Numbered from the stretch's first letter, positions 22,592 through 33,346 are shown. The stretch is DNA of 64,000 nt from an uncultured Actinomycetota bacterium (GCA_963712995.1 CAVQKH010000006.1:16454-80453), one strand, 5' to 3'. Made by a program: numbers and translations. Notes: generated from the letters alone by a model not told the origin.

Positions 22592-22666
22592 CCCCCTACC
22601 TTCCTGTGCCAGACTGGATGCGGAATTGAGCGTAACCCTCTTGGGCGCGAACGGCGGTTAGATCAC

Positions 22667-23530
22667 ATGGGGCGGCTGACGGTGGGCCACCCCGTGCTGC
22701 GGCTCAGCTCGGAGCACTGGAGCCGGCAGCCCGACCGGCTCGCTGTCGAGGAACCACTGGAGCTGCGCGTTGGCCGCCGCGCGCTGGCGGTCACCATGCG
22801 CACCCCGGGTCACGACGTGGAACTCGTGCACGGGTTCCTGCTGACCGAGGGCGTGATCACCTCGGTGAGTGACGTCACCTCGGCGCGGTACTGCGACTCG
22901 CTGGACGGCAACGGACGCAACACCTACAACGTGCTCGACGTGGCGCTCGCTCCCGGAGTGGCCGCGCCGGCCGCCGGTGTGGACCGCAACTTCTACACGA
23001 CCTCCTCCTGCGGTGTGTGCGGTAAGGCCTCGCTCGACGCCGTGCGCCTGCACACCCGGTTCTCCCCGGCGCAGGACCCCGCGCGCGTGTCGTCGCAAAC
23101 ACTGTTCGCGATGCCGGATGCGTTGCGCGCCGGGCAACAACTGTTCGAGTCCACCGGCGGCCTGCACGCGGCCGGGCTGTTCACCGTCGATGGCCACCTG
23201 CTCGTCGTGCGCGAGGACGTGGGCCGGCACAACGCCGTGGACAAGGCGCTCGGCTGGGCGTTGCTCAACGGTCGCATCCCGGCTACCGGCTGCGTGCTCA
23301 TGGTGTCCGGGCGGGCCTCGTTCGAGCTCGTCCAGAAGGCGGTGATGGCGGGCGTCCCGGTGCTCGCGGCAGTGTCCGCTCCCTCGTCGCTGGCCGTCGA
23401 GCTGGCAGCCGAGTCCGGTCTGACGCTGGTCGGGTTCCTGCGCGGCACCACCATGAATGTCTACGCCGGCGCCAACCGGATCATGACAACCTGCACGGCG
23501 GATAGCGTGGGGACGGAACAGCATCCCTAA
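22667..23530 (+). CDS. fdhD: formate dehydrogenase accessory sulfurtransferase FdhD
   Basis: ATG 22667; [42 protein letters not shown] motifs; only the last 287 aa of the 823-aa ORF 21059..23530 are real. Confidence 0.9.
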   Translation: MGRLTVGHPVLRLSSEHWSRQPDRLAVEEPLELRVGRRALAVTMRTPGHDVELVHGFLLTEGVITSVSDVTSARYCDSLDGNGRNTYNVLDVALAPGVAAPAAGVDRNFYTTSSCGVCGKASLDAVRLHTRFSPAQDPARVSSQTLFAMPDALRAGQQLFESTGGLHAAGLFTVDGHLLVVREDVGRHNAVDKALGWALLNGRIPATGCVLMVSGRASFELVQKAVMAGVPVLAAVSAPSSLAVELAAESGLTLVGFLRGTTMNVYAGANRIMTTCTADSVGTEQHP

Positions 23531-23755
23531 TGTCACACTTAATGATGTCATTTTCCCCTGAGGATAGACAGCAGGATCGCCCCTTTCACCTGGGTGTGAG
23601 TCGAGTGCGTCGGTGATGTTTTTTCACCATCGCCCCTGCCAAGCCAGCTCCTCATGGGCATGAGCGAGCCAGCTGTGCACCGAAGGTCACCCCACGTGGC
23701 GGTGGCGCTACCCTCACTAGCTGCACCCCGCACCCGCACCGCTCTGTGAGGCCTG

Positions 23756-24592
23756 ATGTCCAGCACCAATCCGCCGCTCTCCGACGATGTCAAACCAGTC
23801 ATTGACATCACCAAGCCGAGCATCGCCAGGGCCTATGACGCGGCCCTGAACGGCAAGGACAACTACGAGGTTGACCGCGAGTTCCTCCAGCGGATCCTGG
23901 AGGTGGCACCGGAAGCGAAACAGATCGCGTGGGACAACAGGATGTTCCTGATCCGCCTAGTCCGATTCCTCGCTTACGGGGCTGGAATCACGCAGTTCCT
24001 CGACTGCGGCTCAGGCCTACCGACGGCGGAGAATACCCACCAAGTCGCCCAGCGCATCCGACCGGACGCACGCGTGATCTACGTCGACAACGACCCTGTC
24101 GTACTCTCCTACGGCCGCGCACTCCTCCAGGAAAACGACCAAACCCACCTCATCGACGCCGACATCTTCGAACCACGCCAGCTCTTCGACAACGAAGATA
24201 TCCGCAAGTATCTCGATTTCTCCGAGCCGATCGCGTTGTTGCAGAACGCGACGCTGCACCACTACAACGGCACACGCGGTCCGGCCGAGATCATGCACGA
24301 GTACATCGACGCGTTGCCGTCGGGCTCCTACGTGGGGATCAGCCATTTCTACGATCCCGAGACCAGCGAATACAGCACCCTCGCCCGGAAAATCGAACAA
24401 GTCTTCCTGCGCAGCCCGATCGGCTGCGGGTGGTTCCGAACCCGGGCCGAGATCGAAAGCATGTTCTCCGGCCTCGAACTGGTGGAACCCGGACTGACCC
24501 TCTGTGCTGAGTGGTGGCCCGACGGACCTCGCACCACACCACTACTACCTGTCCAGCATTGCATCATCGGTGGCGTCGGCCGCAAACCATAA
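23756..24592 (+). CDS. SAM-dependent methyltransferase, Methyltransf_19/DUF574-type
   Basis: ARAYDAALNGKDNYEVDRE...NRMFLIRLVRFLA...QFLDCGSGLPT...VIYVDNDPVVLSYGRALL matches the remembered actinomycete family. Confidence 0.8.
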   Translation: MSSTNPPLSDDVKPVIDITKPSIARAYDAALNGKDNYEVDREFLQRILEVAPEAKQIAWDNRMFLIRLVRFLAYGAGITQFLDCGSGLPTAENTHQVAQRIRPDARVIYVDNDPVVLSYGRALLQENDQTHLIDADIFEPRQLFDNEDIRKYLDFSEPIALLQNATLHHYNGTRGPAEIMHEYIDALPSGSYVGISHFYDPETSEYSTLARKIEQVFLRSPIGCGWFRTRAEIESMFSGLELVEPGLTLCAEWWPDGPRTTPLLPVQHCIIGGVGRKP

Positions 24593-24636
24593 TCCAGCCG
24601 GGATGATTCCCCCCTCGCCAAGGCGTTAATCCCAGA

Positions 24637-27600
24637 TCACAGTCCGGGAAGCATGAGGTTGCGTCGTTCCGCCGCACTGAGTTCCCGGCAGGCACGTAGG
24701 CGGGCTTTAGCGATGATGGCCTCGACGCTGACTGTCGCATCCCAGACTCGACTGGTTCCATCACGTGACGCAGAAGCAATTCGTTTCCCATCTGGAGACC
24801 ACGCCACCCCTTCGACCCCTGCGGTGTGAGCACCGACGACGATGATCTCAGCGCCGGACTCGGCGTTCCAGATTCGGACCGTCCGGTCGCGTGACCCGGT
24901 GGCCAGCCGCCGTCCGTCCTGTGACCAGGCGACTCCTTGAATCTCATCGTCGTGGCCCAGTAGCACTGCGAGTTGGCTGCCGTTGTGCGCGTCCCAGACC
25001 CGGGCCGTCCGATCGCGTGACGCGGTGACCAGCCGCTGCCCTTCTGGTGACCACTCCACCCGCTGAATCCAATCGTCGTGTCCACGGAACACTGCGAGCT
25101 GACTTCCGCTGCGGACATCCCAGATCCGGGCCGTCCGGTCGTTGGACGCGGTGGCCAGCCGGCGCCCATCCGGCGCCCACGCCACACCCCAGATCTCGTC
25201 GTCGTGGCCGAGTAGCACGGCAAGCTGGCTGCCGCTGTGCGCGTCCCAGACCCGGGCCGTCCGATCGCGTGACACAGTAGCCAGCTGGCGCCCGTCCGGT
25301 GACCACGCAATTCCCCGAAACCCATCGTCGTGGCCAGACAACACGCAGAGCGGGCGGCCGCTGGGAACCTCCCAGATCCGGGCAGTGCGGTCGGACCCGC
25401 TGGCCAGCCGTCGTCCGTCCGGGGACCACGCCACTCTTAGGTTCGCGGGTCGCACCATCGCGAGCTCGTCGCAGCTCTGGGCGTCCCAGATCCGGGCCGT
25501 CTGATCATCTGAAGCGGTGGCCAGCAGCTGTCCATCCGGTGACCAAGCCACGTCCCGAACCGATTGGGTATGACCGTGCAGCAGAGCGAGCTCGCTGTCA
25601 GCGCGTAGGTCCCAGATCCGCGCTGTCCGATCGTCCGACGCGGTGGCCAGCCGCTGCCCATCCGGTGACCACTCCACCCATCGGACCCAACCGTGGTGGC
25701 CGTAAAGCACCTCACGAGCGACGCCAACTACGGCGTCCCAGATCCGGACTGTCCGGTCGATCGACGCGGTGGCCAGCCGCTGCCCATCCGGTGACCACGC
25801 CACTCCCCGAACCTCTGACTCGTGGCCGGACAGCACGATCAGCTCACTGCCGGCTTTGGCATCCCAGATCCGGGCCGTCCGGTCGTACGAGGCGGTGGCT
25901 AGCCGCTGCCCATCAGGTGACCACGCCACCGCCTGAATCCAGCCATGGTGGCCCCGCAACAGCACCGATTCGTTGCCATCGTCGGTATCCCAGATCCGAA
26001 CCGTCTGATCGTGTGATCCAGTGGCGAGGTGCTGCCCGTCCGGTGACCAGGCCACCCCCCGAACCTCGTCTTCGTGGCCACGCAATACCGCGAGTTCGGC
26101 GTAGCTCTGAGCGTCCCAGATCCGGGCCGTTCGGTCGCGTGACCCGGTGGCAAGGTGCTGACCATCCGGTGACCAGGCCACCCGTCGAAGTCCGTTTTGG
26201 TGGCCGCACAACACTGCGAGCTCAGCTCCGGTGCCGGCGTCCCAGATCCGGACGGTCCGGTCGATCGAGGCAGTGGCCAGCCGCTGCCCGTCCGGTGACC
26301 AGGCCACCCCCTGAACCCAATCATCATGGCCACGCAGCACAGCGACCTCGGCTCCGGTGGGATCCCAAATCCGCGCCGTCTGATCGCGTGACCCGGTGGC
26401 CAACCGCTGCCCATCCGGCGACCACGCCACACAGAAAACGTGGTCATCGTGGCCACGGAGAATAATACGGACCTTGGAGGCAGCAAGGGAAACCGTCAGG
26501 GCCCGGAGAGCAAGAGCGGTGGGGGCGCATTCTGCAAAGGCGGCGAGGGCGAGCAGGAGGCTGTAGTCAGGGTCATGATCGACGGCGCCGAGTGCTTGCC
26601 GGGCGATGGTCTCGGACAGGCGCTGCATCGTGGCACGATCAGCCCGGTTGGAGAACGCCAGGAACTCCGCGACCAGAGGGAGGCTGGCCACCAGCTCGCC
26701 GTCTGAGGTGGTCCATCGTTGGGCAGCGCGGAGGCGCTCATCACGCAGCAGGTAGGCGTCCTGGCGGCCGGAATTCTCCCAATCCCTGGCCCACCGTTCC
26801 ACGTCCGCTCGCCAGCGAAGCTGATCGACGCCCGCCTCGATGGCTTGCCGCAGCGGCGCCCAGGAACGGAACAACGCCTCGTGAGCCACATCGAGGATGG
26901 CGTCGGCGCCGTCTCCATTGCTGGTCAGCAGGCGCGCAGCGATGAATGCCTCGGCGACCCGCCACTGGGCGTCTGTGAGCGCACTGCGCGGAACCCTTCG
27001 GCGAGTGGGTTCGTTCTCGCCGATTGCGACAAATTTCAGCAGGGTCGACAGCACCGGACCAGCCGGATCAGGACCCCCTAACTCGGCGGTGACCTTGTCA
27101 GCCTGGCGGTTGAGCACCCCGGCGACCCCGCCGATGCGTTGGTAAGCATCGGCAGTCAATACCCGCGCCGGGCCAGCCGCAAGGCAGAGTTCCTGCAGCG
27201 CGTACGCCAGCAACGGCAGGGCGTCGCCACCTCCTGCGTCGGCGGCTATTCGATGCGGCAGGGTCGCTGGATCGAAGGTCAGTCCTGCTTGTCGGGCTGG
27301 CTGCTCAATCACGTCGACTAGTGCGGCGCGACTCAGCGTGCCCACCATGACCGGGTCGTGCAGCAGCCGGGCGTGGTTGGTGCCCAGGAAAGTGGTCAGG
27401 AACTCCGATCGCATGATCACGACGATCCACAGCTTGGGGTCATCCACAAGTGCGACGCTCAGCCCGCTCAGAAACTGATCACGCTCGTCCTGTCCCGACA
27501 GAGTGATCAGCTCTTCGGCCTGGTCAACAATGAGCAGCACCGGGGCATTCGGACGGCCATGCGCGTTGCGCAGCTCGTCGACGACAGACGCCAGGCCGGT

Positions 27601-28227
27601 GGCGTCGGCGCTTAGAGCAGCCCGCACGTCATTGATGGTCCGGCCCGGGCAGGCCATTGCCAGACTCTGGGCGAGGCTGCGGTGTGGATGGTCCCCCGGC
27701 ACGACCGGCGGCAGGACGATCCAGCCGCTGCGCCGGTGCCGCAACCGCGGCACGAGCCCGGCTTGGATCAGCGACGACTTTCCAGCGCCTGATGGACCGA
27801 CCACCGCGACGAGCCGATGAGCTTGTGCTGCGACCACGGGATGAAGACGTTCCACGAGCTCGGTCACCTCGGCGTCCCGGCCGAAGAACACCGCCGAGTC
27901 GTATTCTGTGAATGCCTCAAGCCCAGGGAACGGTGGCCGATCCAAATCCCAGATGGAGCGAGCAGGTAACACGAGACGCTCCTCAGTCACGTGCTGCCAG
28001 ACCATCAACCCGATGATCGTCAGCACGATGACGCCGGCCAGCGGCAGCGACCCTCGACGAAGGAGCTCCAAACCCCACGGGAAGGCTCCCGTGGCATGGG
28101 CCAGATTGCCGGTGGCAACGCCGAGCAAGGTCACAAACAGGAACAGCAGGATCTGAACAAGCAGCAGAGAACGCCTGCGGGACATACCCCAGCGTCGCAT
28201 GCCACACTCGATCAAAGATGCCTTCAA
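24637..28227 (-). CDS. membrane-anchored STAND (nSTAND-type) P-loop NTPase with 14 WD40 repeats
   Basis: Two N-terminal TM helices, PFPGLEAFTEYDSAVFFGRDAEV...VVGPSGAGKSSL Walker A, helical middle domain, then 14 repeats of the GH..V..VAWSPDG..LAT.S.D.T.RIWD type; 1196 aa; exact start uncertain. Confidence 0.9.
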   Translation of the reverse strand: MKASLIECGMRRWGMSRRRSLLLVQILLFLFVTLLGVATGNLAHATGAFPWGLELLRRGSLPLAGVIVLTIIGLMVWQHVTEERLVLPARSIWDLDRPPFPGLEAFTEYDSAVFFGRDAEVTELVERLHPVVAAQAHRLVAVVGPSGAGKSSLIQAGLVPRLRHRRSGWIVLPPVVPGDHPHRSLAQSLAMACPGRTINDVRAALSADATGLASVVDELRNAHGRPNAPVLLIVDQAEELITLSGQDERDQFLSGLSVALVDDPKLWIVVIMRSEFLTTFLGTNHARLLHDPVMVGTLSRAALVDVIEQPARQAGLTFDPATLPHRIAADAGGGDALPLLAYALQELCLAAGPARVLTADAYQRIGGVAGVLNRQADKVTAELGGPDPAGPVLSTLLKFVAIGENEPTRRRVPRSALTDAQWRVAEAFIAARLLTSNGDGADAILDVAHEALFRSWAPLRQAIEAGVDQLRWRADVERWARDWENSGRQDAYLLRDERLRAAQRWTTSDGELVASLPLVAEFLAFSNRADRATMQRLSETIARQALGAVDHDPDYSLLLALAAFAECAPTALALRALTVSLAASKVRIILRGHDDHVFCVAWSPDGQRLATGSRDQTARIWDPTGAEVAVLRGHDDWVQGVAWSPDGQRLATASIDRTVRIWDAGTGAELAVLCGHQNGLRRVAWSPDGQHLATGSRDRTARIWDAQSYAELAVLRGHEDEVRGVAWSPDGQHLATGSHDQTVRIWDTDDGNESVLLRGHHGWIQAVAWSPDGQRLATASYDRTARIWDAKAGSELIVLSGHESEVRGVAWSPDGQRLATASIDRTVRIWDAVVGVAREVLYGHHGWVRWVEWSPDGQRLATASDDRTARIWDLRADSELALLHGHTQSVRDVAWSPDGQLLATASDDQTARIWDAQSCDELAMVRPANLRVAWSPDGRRLASGSDRTARIWEVPSGRPLCVLSGHDDGFRGIAWSPDGRQLATVSRDRTARVWDAHSGSQLAVLLGHDDEIWGVAWAPDGRRLATASNDRTARIWDVRSGSQLAVFRGHDDWIQRVEWSPEGQRLVTASRDRTARVWDAHNGSQLAVLLGHDDEIQGVAWSQDGRRLATGSRDRTVRIWNAESGAEIIVVGAHTAGVEGVAWSPDGKRIASASRDGTSRVWDATVSVEAIIAKARLRACRELSAAERRNLMLPGL
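24730..26480 (-). repeat. intragenic tandem array of about 126-nt WD40-coding repeats (approximate bounds)
   Basis: Near-identical peptide repeats (AWSPDGQRLATAS.DRTARIWDA) and matching DNA repeats that create many alternative-frame ORFs in the track. Confidence 0.85.
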
Positions 28228-28343
28228 TCCATACCAGGGACGGGTTCAGCGCAACGCAACGAGACGCTCACGACTGACTCGCCACTGCATATGCGACCAA
28301 CGCACTACCAAGGTGCGTCCAGCGTGCCAGCAAGAAGCTTTCC

Positions 28344-29478
28344 GTGGGATCCAGGCTGCATGCAGGCGTCGGCGCGACCCCACGGGGCCGGGTACTACCG
28401 CGGCACGCGGCGAGCATCATCGCCGAAGCTCTGGCCAACACTCGCGTGCTCATCGGTGGGCGGCAGTGCGGCAAGAGCACGCTGGTCCGGGTGCAGGCCA
28501 AGGATCGCAACGCGGAGTGGCGCAATCTCACTCGGCGGTGACCCGGCAAGCGGCAGCATCCGACCCGACCGGCTTCGTCGACTTCGGCGAGCTCATGGTG
28601 ATCGACGAGACACAGCGGGTTCCGGGCTGCTGCTCGCGATCAAAGAGCAGATCGACACCGACCCACGGCCAGGGAGGTAGCTGCTGCCAGCTCCACGCGA
28701 GTCCTTGGGCTTCGGGCGCTGCCCAACACCCTACCAAGGCCGTACCGAAACGATCGAGCTCTGACCGTTCTCTCAGGGCGAGATCAACAACCTCCCGGAC
28801 AGCTTCGTCGATGCCACGTTCGCTGATCCCGGGGCACTGAACCACACGAGCGCGGTCAGCCGCGGCGACTACACCGAGCGGATCGTCCGGGGAGGCTTTC
28901 CCGAAGCCGTCGCTCGCGCCAACCCAGCTCGGCGGGAACGCTTCTTCGACTCTTACGTTGCCGATCCCGTGGCGCGCGACGTCAGCCAGCTCTCGGAGAT
29001 CGAACAGCCGGCGCAGCTGCGCGCCTTACTGCGGCTACTCGCGGCCCGCTCAGGACAGCTCCTGGTCGCTAACGCTCTGAGCAACGATCTCAAAGTCTCG
29101 GCGCGGACCGTGGAGCCTGCTCGAAAATCTTCTTAATCAAGCGGATTCCCGCATGGTCGCAACGTGTCCAACGCCGGCGCCCGCAGCCAGTTGCGGCCCG
29201 GAAGCCCGTTCGGACCCTAGCTGGAGGCCTTCGTCCTGATAGAGCTGTCCCGCCAGTTCACTGGTCGTGCCGGCAGGCGGCTCGGTACGGACTTCGTGGC
29301 TGGGCTCGTCCTCATGCACAGGCACCCAGACGGTCCCGTTCGGCCCGCGCATGCGAGCCGTCCCAGCAAGCGCGCTATGGGAGATCCCCGGGCCCCAATC
29401 ACCTCTGCGCACACCCACTGCTGCCTGACCAGCTGGTCATGCAGCTGGGGAGTCCGGTGCGCGGGCCTGGGTGGTTGA
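28344..29478 (+). pseudogene. AAA ATPase with DUF4143 domain, multiply frameshifted
   Basis: Pieces in three frames: GGRQCGKSTL (Walker A), DPTGFVDFGELMVIDETQRVPG, IKEQIDTDPRPGR, RGGFPEAVARANPARRERFFDSYV...RDVSQLSEIEQPAQLRALLRLLAARSGQLL. Confidence 0.7.
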
Positions 29479-29594
29479 GCCGAGAGCGAAGCAAATCACC
29501 CAAAGCAGACCCCGCCGATCTTCGTGAATCGCCCGTATGTCAAGATCAGGTTCAGTCCCGGCTGGGCGAGGGGGCCAGCCGGGGCCTTACTAGA

Positions 29595-30051
29595 GTGGCA
29601 GCGATGCAGCTCCTCAACACCAAATGGCGCGCCCTCGACGGCTTACAACTGGTTGGTACGATCGTCGTATCGGACGAACCAGCCGATTAGGGCGATCGTC
29701 CTTGTCCACGGCGCTGGCGTCGACCGTGAGGAGGGCGGCTTCTTTATCCGGCTGGCCCAGGGATTTGCCGAGGTCGGCGTGGTGCCGCTGCGCTACGACC
29801 TGTGTGGTCACGGTGAAAGTGGTGGTCGGCAGGAAGTGGTGACCCTGGCAGCTCACCTCAACGACATCCGTGTCGCCCTCGCCCATGTGCGCGAGGAGAC
29901 TGGCGCAAGCGCCATTAGTCTGATGGGGACGAGCTTCGGTGGCGGATTAGCGGCCTACTATGCCGCCAAGCGGCCAGACGAACTGACGCGGCTGGCGCTT
30001 CTCAATCCGCAGCTCAACTACAAGACTCGATACATCGATCAGAAGCCATAG
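29595..30051 (+). pseudogene. alpha/beta hydrolase, copy A (frameshift near 29680, premature stop at 30049)
   Basis: MQLLNTKWRALDGLQLVG..DEPAD in one frame, RAIVLVHGAGVDREEGGFF...GTSFGGG in the next; paralog of 47504..48327. Confidence 0.7.
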
Positions 30052-30146
30052 TGGCTGGTGTGCGGCAGATCGTTGGCAGCGAAATACCGGACGAGCTGGT
30101 CGGGCCGGGAACGTCCAGGGATAACTGAACGTGAGACCATAGAGCT

Positions 30147-30863
30147 GTGACCACGAGTCTCAATCAGCCCGCCCTCATCCTCTGGGACATAGACCACACG
30201 CTCATCGCCATCGGCGAGGTTAGTCGCGAGATTTACGCGAAGGCGTTTGAGGAGGTGGTTGGTCAGCCACTACGTGAGCTGGCTGACATGACCGGCCGCA
30301 CTGAGCAGGCCATCCTGATTGACACACTAGCACTGCACGGTGTTTCAGATCCCGAGAGTAAATTCGAGGATTTCTACGCCGCACTTGGCAGAGCAGCCAA
30401 CAAGCTCCGCGAGCGTATGCGCATAGCCGGACGCAGACTGCCTGGCGCCAAGGAAGCGGTCGTTGCATTGGGGGCGTACAACGTGGTGCAGACCGTTGTA
30501 ACTGGCAATATCAAACCGATCGCAGCGACAAAGCTCGAGGTCTTCCAGCTCTCGGAGCATATGGACCTTGAGGTTGGCGGTTACGGTTCGGATAGCGACA
30601 CCCGGCCGCCGCTCATTCGTCAGGCGTGGCAGCGGGCGGAGCATAAGTATAGTCGGGCCTTCGAGCCAGATCGGTTAGTAGTTATCGGGGATACACCGCT
30701 TGACATAGCAGCCGCGCGCGAAGTTGGCGTCCACTCCGTCGGTGTAGCAACCGGCAGTAGCACGGTGGAAGATCTCATGGCAGCGCAAGCCAGCATCGTT
30801 CTCCCCGATTTGACAGATACCGAGGCAGTTATCCGGGCGGTCTGTCGGGTCGCCCTTGCCTGA
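30147..30863 (+). CDS. HAD-superfamily hydrolase (phosphatase-like)
   Basis: Motif I LWDIDHTL, motif IV VIGDTPLDIAAA; 238 aa; absent from the copy-B module. Confidence 0.85.
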   Translation: MTTSLNQPALILWDIDHTLIAIGEVSREIYAKAFEEVVGQPLRELADMTGRTEQAILIDTLALHGVSDPESKFEDFYAALGRAANKLRERMRIAGRRLPGAKEAVVALGAYNVVQTVVTGNIKPIAATKLEVFQLSEHMDLEVGGYGSDSDTRPPLIRQAWQRAEHKYSRAFEPDRLVVIGDTPLDIAAAREVGVHSVGVATGSSTVEDLMAAQASIVLPDLTDTEAVIRAVCRVALA

Positions 30864-32417
30864 TTAGTTCGCTGATAAACGCTGCGCGATGACGCTAGCA
30901 TAGAGTTCGCGGAATTCGCGAGCTGGTTTGCTGTTAGCATACGGACCGAGCGCTCCGCAAAACTCGCCGATGCGTTCAACGACGCGCGCCGAGCCAATTG
31001 CTTCACTGAGCGCCACTGCCTCCGCAGCTATTTCACAGGCGCGCTCAACTTCATGTTGTAGTAAGTAGCATCGAGCCAATCGTACGAGATAGTGCACGCG
31101 ATCACGAACACGATGCGGCGCCTTCTGCGCCAGGAGATCGAGGGCTCTCGTAAGCGCAGCAGCCGCTTCGGTCGTCATGCCGAGGTCGAGGTAGCACGCA
31201 CCTGCTTGAGCCGTGATTTCGACCTCGTCAACGTATGAAATCCACAATGGCTCTTCTTCCTGCCCAGCGTTGCTAAAAGCCATACGCATCTCATCGAGGC
31301 TATGCAAACAGTCGTTACTGTTATGCAGACCAGCATGAGCACGAGCAAGCCGAGTAGCCAGCATCGTCTTGGTGAGCGGGGTCAAGCTACCGTTGCCGAC
31401 GCTGAACGCTGTCTGCGCCAAGGAGAGGGCGGGTTTAAGGTGCCCTCGGTAGGTCTCTTGAAGGCTTAGGTAGGCAAGGGAGCTGGCAGCGAGCGCTGGT
31501 TGTTCTGCCTCGTGAGCTGCGTATACCGCAGTCGTCAGATAACGGCGGGCAGCCCCGTGGCGGTTACCATCGAGCGCCAGCCAGCCGGTCATCTGGCTCA
31601 GCTGTGCAAAAGCAGCAAGACCGTCCGCCGGCTCCTGTTCGACATTGACCCCGAGGCGGGCGACGTACCGCGACAGCGGAAGATACAGCGTGTCGCCGCC
31701 AAGCTCGTCGTCCAGCTCCAGGAAGAGTCTGAGCAGTACATCTGCGCGCTTGGCGAGTGATGCACCCTCTAGGGCCGAGACGCCTACCCCACCTACCTCG
31801 CGGTTGCGGAGTAACGGAAGGCGGTCGGTGGCCAAGTCATTCAGCAGAGCTGTCAGTACGAGACTGCCCTCGTCGACACCGATGGTATCTGATAAAGCAC
31901 CACTTTGACTCGCCACCGCCTGGCCGGTCTGACCTGGCATTCGGAACCAGAGCAACCTCGGCGGTATCCGCAACATCCGCGCCCAGTGCGCCAAGGTGTC
32001 CAAGCTGCGGATTGGCGGACCAGTCTCGATCCGGCTGATCTGCGGTTGCCGCAGGCCCATCCACTGGCCGAGCAACGTTTGCGAAATGCCGTCTGGACCG
32101 TAGACCGCATAGTGATGCGGATGCGTGCGGTAGGCACGGGATACCCAGCCGATGTGCTGGGCAGCGAAGGCCTGCTGGAACTGCTCGGTCTGCCAAAACT
32201 CGGCGGGGACTTCTGGCGGAGCGATGAGCTTGTCACGCGACGCACGCTGGCAGCGGGCGCACTGGCGCTCGGTGTTGTCCTTCGCCAGGTGTGTACCGCA
32301 GCGACAGTAGTAGCGGCGTGGTGGGCGGGATGCCACGGGCGCCCCTTCCGATTCTTTGTCCGTTCCGGGGAGTGTAACGGTCCGCCATCGCCCGTGATCG
32401 AACCGTCTGTCTAGCAA
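30864..32417 (-). CDS. XRE-family HTH regulator with N-terminal zinc ribbon and C-terminal TPR-like domain (alternative GTG start at 32336)
   Basis: YYCRCGTHLAKDNTERQCARCQ; HTH LLGQWMGLRQPQISRIETG; long helical-repeat C-terminus. Confidence 0.85.
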   Translation of the reverse strand: MLDRRFDHGRWRTVTLPGTDKESEGAPVASRPPRRYYCRCGTHLAKDNTERQCARCQRASRDKLIAPPEVPAEFWQTEQFQQAFAAQHIGWVSRAYRTHPHHYAVYGPDGISQTLLGQWMGLRQPQISRIETGPPIRSLDTLAHWARMLRIPPRLLWFRMPGQTGQAVASQSGALSDTIGVDEGSLVLTALLNDLATDRLPLLRNREVGGVGVSALEGASLAKRADVLLRLFLELDDELGGDTLYLPLSRYVARLGVNVEQEPADGLAAFAQLSQMTGWLALDGNRHGAARRYLTTAVYAAHEAEQPALAASSLAYLSLQETYRGHLKPALSLAQTAFSVGNGSLTPLTKTMLATRLARAHAGLHNSNDCLHSLDEMRMAFSNAGQEEEPLWISYVDEVEITAQAGACYLDLGMTTEAAAALTRALDLLAQKAPHRVRDRVHYLVRLARCYLLQHEVERACEIAAEAVALSEAIGSARVVERIGEFCGALGPYANSKPAREFRELYASVIAQRLSAN

Positions 32418-32684
32418 GGATCGCCTCGCCTACCAGTGTGGATACGCCCATCCACTGTGTGGCATGGGTGGGTGCATACCGACGCACTTCGATGATCTTC
32501 CAAGGCCCCAGGGCCGGGCCGAACGCTGAGTTGGTGCGTCTCCCCATCGGGAGGCCTCCCCCTTCGCCAGCGCGGTGTTCCCCGGTTCTGGGTGCCGTCC
32601 AGCCGCTGAGACGGCGCATGGACGCCAGGGAAGTACGGAGTCCATCACGGGTCCGGCCTTCCAAATTGTACGAGAGGAACCACC

Positions 32685-32837
32685 ATGCCTGACGCTCTTG
32701 TCGCAGGACAGCATGCTGCCGGTCGCTACATCGCCCTTTGTGGTCAAGACGTGTTGCCCTCAAGTCTCGCCGAACCGGGAAACGGCCACTGTCCGCCATG
32801 TGTTGTGATCCCCGCTCAGAGATCGGGAATGTCATGA
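32685..32837 (+). CDS. 50-aa Cys-containing small protein (not in the ORF track as such)
   Basis: MPDALVAGQHAAGRYIALCGQDVLPSSLAEPGNGHCPPC; the GRYIALCGQDVLP..L.EPGNG.C core is conserved in copy B (50316..50636); stop overlaps the next start (ATGA). Confidence 0.45.
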   Translation: MPDALVAGQHAAGRYIALCGQDVLPSSLAEPGNGHCPPCVVIPAQRSGMS

Positions 32838-33025
32838 GCGCCGACGATCGCACCATCCCCGTCACTTGCCAGATCCACGGCAGCAAGGGGTATTGCAACC
32901 TCCGCGTGACAAAGGTTGATAAGGAGATCGTGCTGAATCCGCACATTGACGGCTCCTGCGTGATCAGGCTGGACCGAACTGCCGCAGCTCAGCTCTTCGA
33001 CATTCTTGGGGATTGGTTGGGATGA
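32834..33025 (+). CDS. 63-aa hypothetical protein
   Basis: ATG 32834 translationally coupled to the upstream small ORF; no homolog in copy B. Confidence 0.4.
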   Translation: MSADDRTIPVTCQIHGSKGYCNLRVTKVDKEIVLNPHIDGSCVIRLDRTAAAQLFDILGDWLG

Positions 33026-33046
33026 ACTGGTATCGGCAATTCATAA

Positions 33047-33346
33047 ATGAGTACGACAGCCATCACGGCCACTTGCGTGGCAGAGTGCTTGCCGCGTGCG
33101 GGGGTGGAGTTCTCACCGCTGCGGACGCTCAGGATCACCAGCCTACTCACTATCCGTGGCCTCCGCAGCTACTTCCGCAAAGGAAACCCGGGTCCGGCGC
33201 CATCCGGCGAGCTGTCATATCCCGAGCAGGTTTGTCCGGAGTGTTATCGCGCCAGCTCCTCCCCCGCCGGTCTGGACGACAGGACGGACATGATACCCTC
33301 CCGCTTACCACTCGTCCACGGCGAACAGGCGTTGAGCCGTGACTGA
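33047..33346 (+). CDS. 99-aa hypothetical protein
   Basis: ORF whose stop overlaps the next start (GTGACTGA); the C-terminal residues resemble the end of the copy-B ORF 50166..50636. Confidence 0.35.
   Translation: MSTTAITATCVAECLPRAGVEFSPLRTLRITSLLTIRGLRSYFRKGNPGPAPSGELSYPEQVCPECYRASSSPAGLDDRTDMIPSRLPLVHGEQALSRD

Noticed and set aside
21059-22660. First ~530 codons of the 823-aa plus-strand ORF 21059..23530
   Set aside because: It lies antisense to the well-supported fdhA gene and has no recognisable motifs. Only the part from ATG 22667 (FdhD) is real. Long antisense ORFs are expected in high-GC DNA.
23590-23625. Weak resemblance (…CTGGGTGTGAGTCGAGTGCG…) to the tRNA T-arm core near the left edge of the accessory region, as a possible outermost att copy
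   Set aside because: Only the heptamer GAGTCGA and a few flanking bases match, which is indistinguishable from chance by eye.
24944-26486. Multiple 100-390-aa ORFs in alternative frames and on the opposite strand within the WD40 region
   Set aside because: They are generated by the periodic repeat structure of the WD40-coding DNA. The frame giving canonical WD40 repeats, continuous with the NTPase domain, is the real one.
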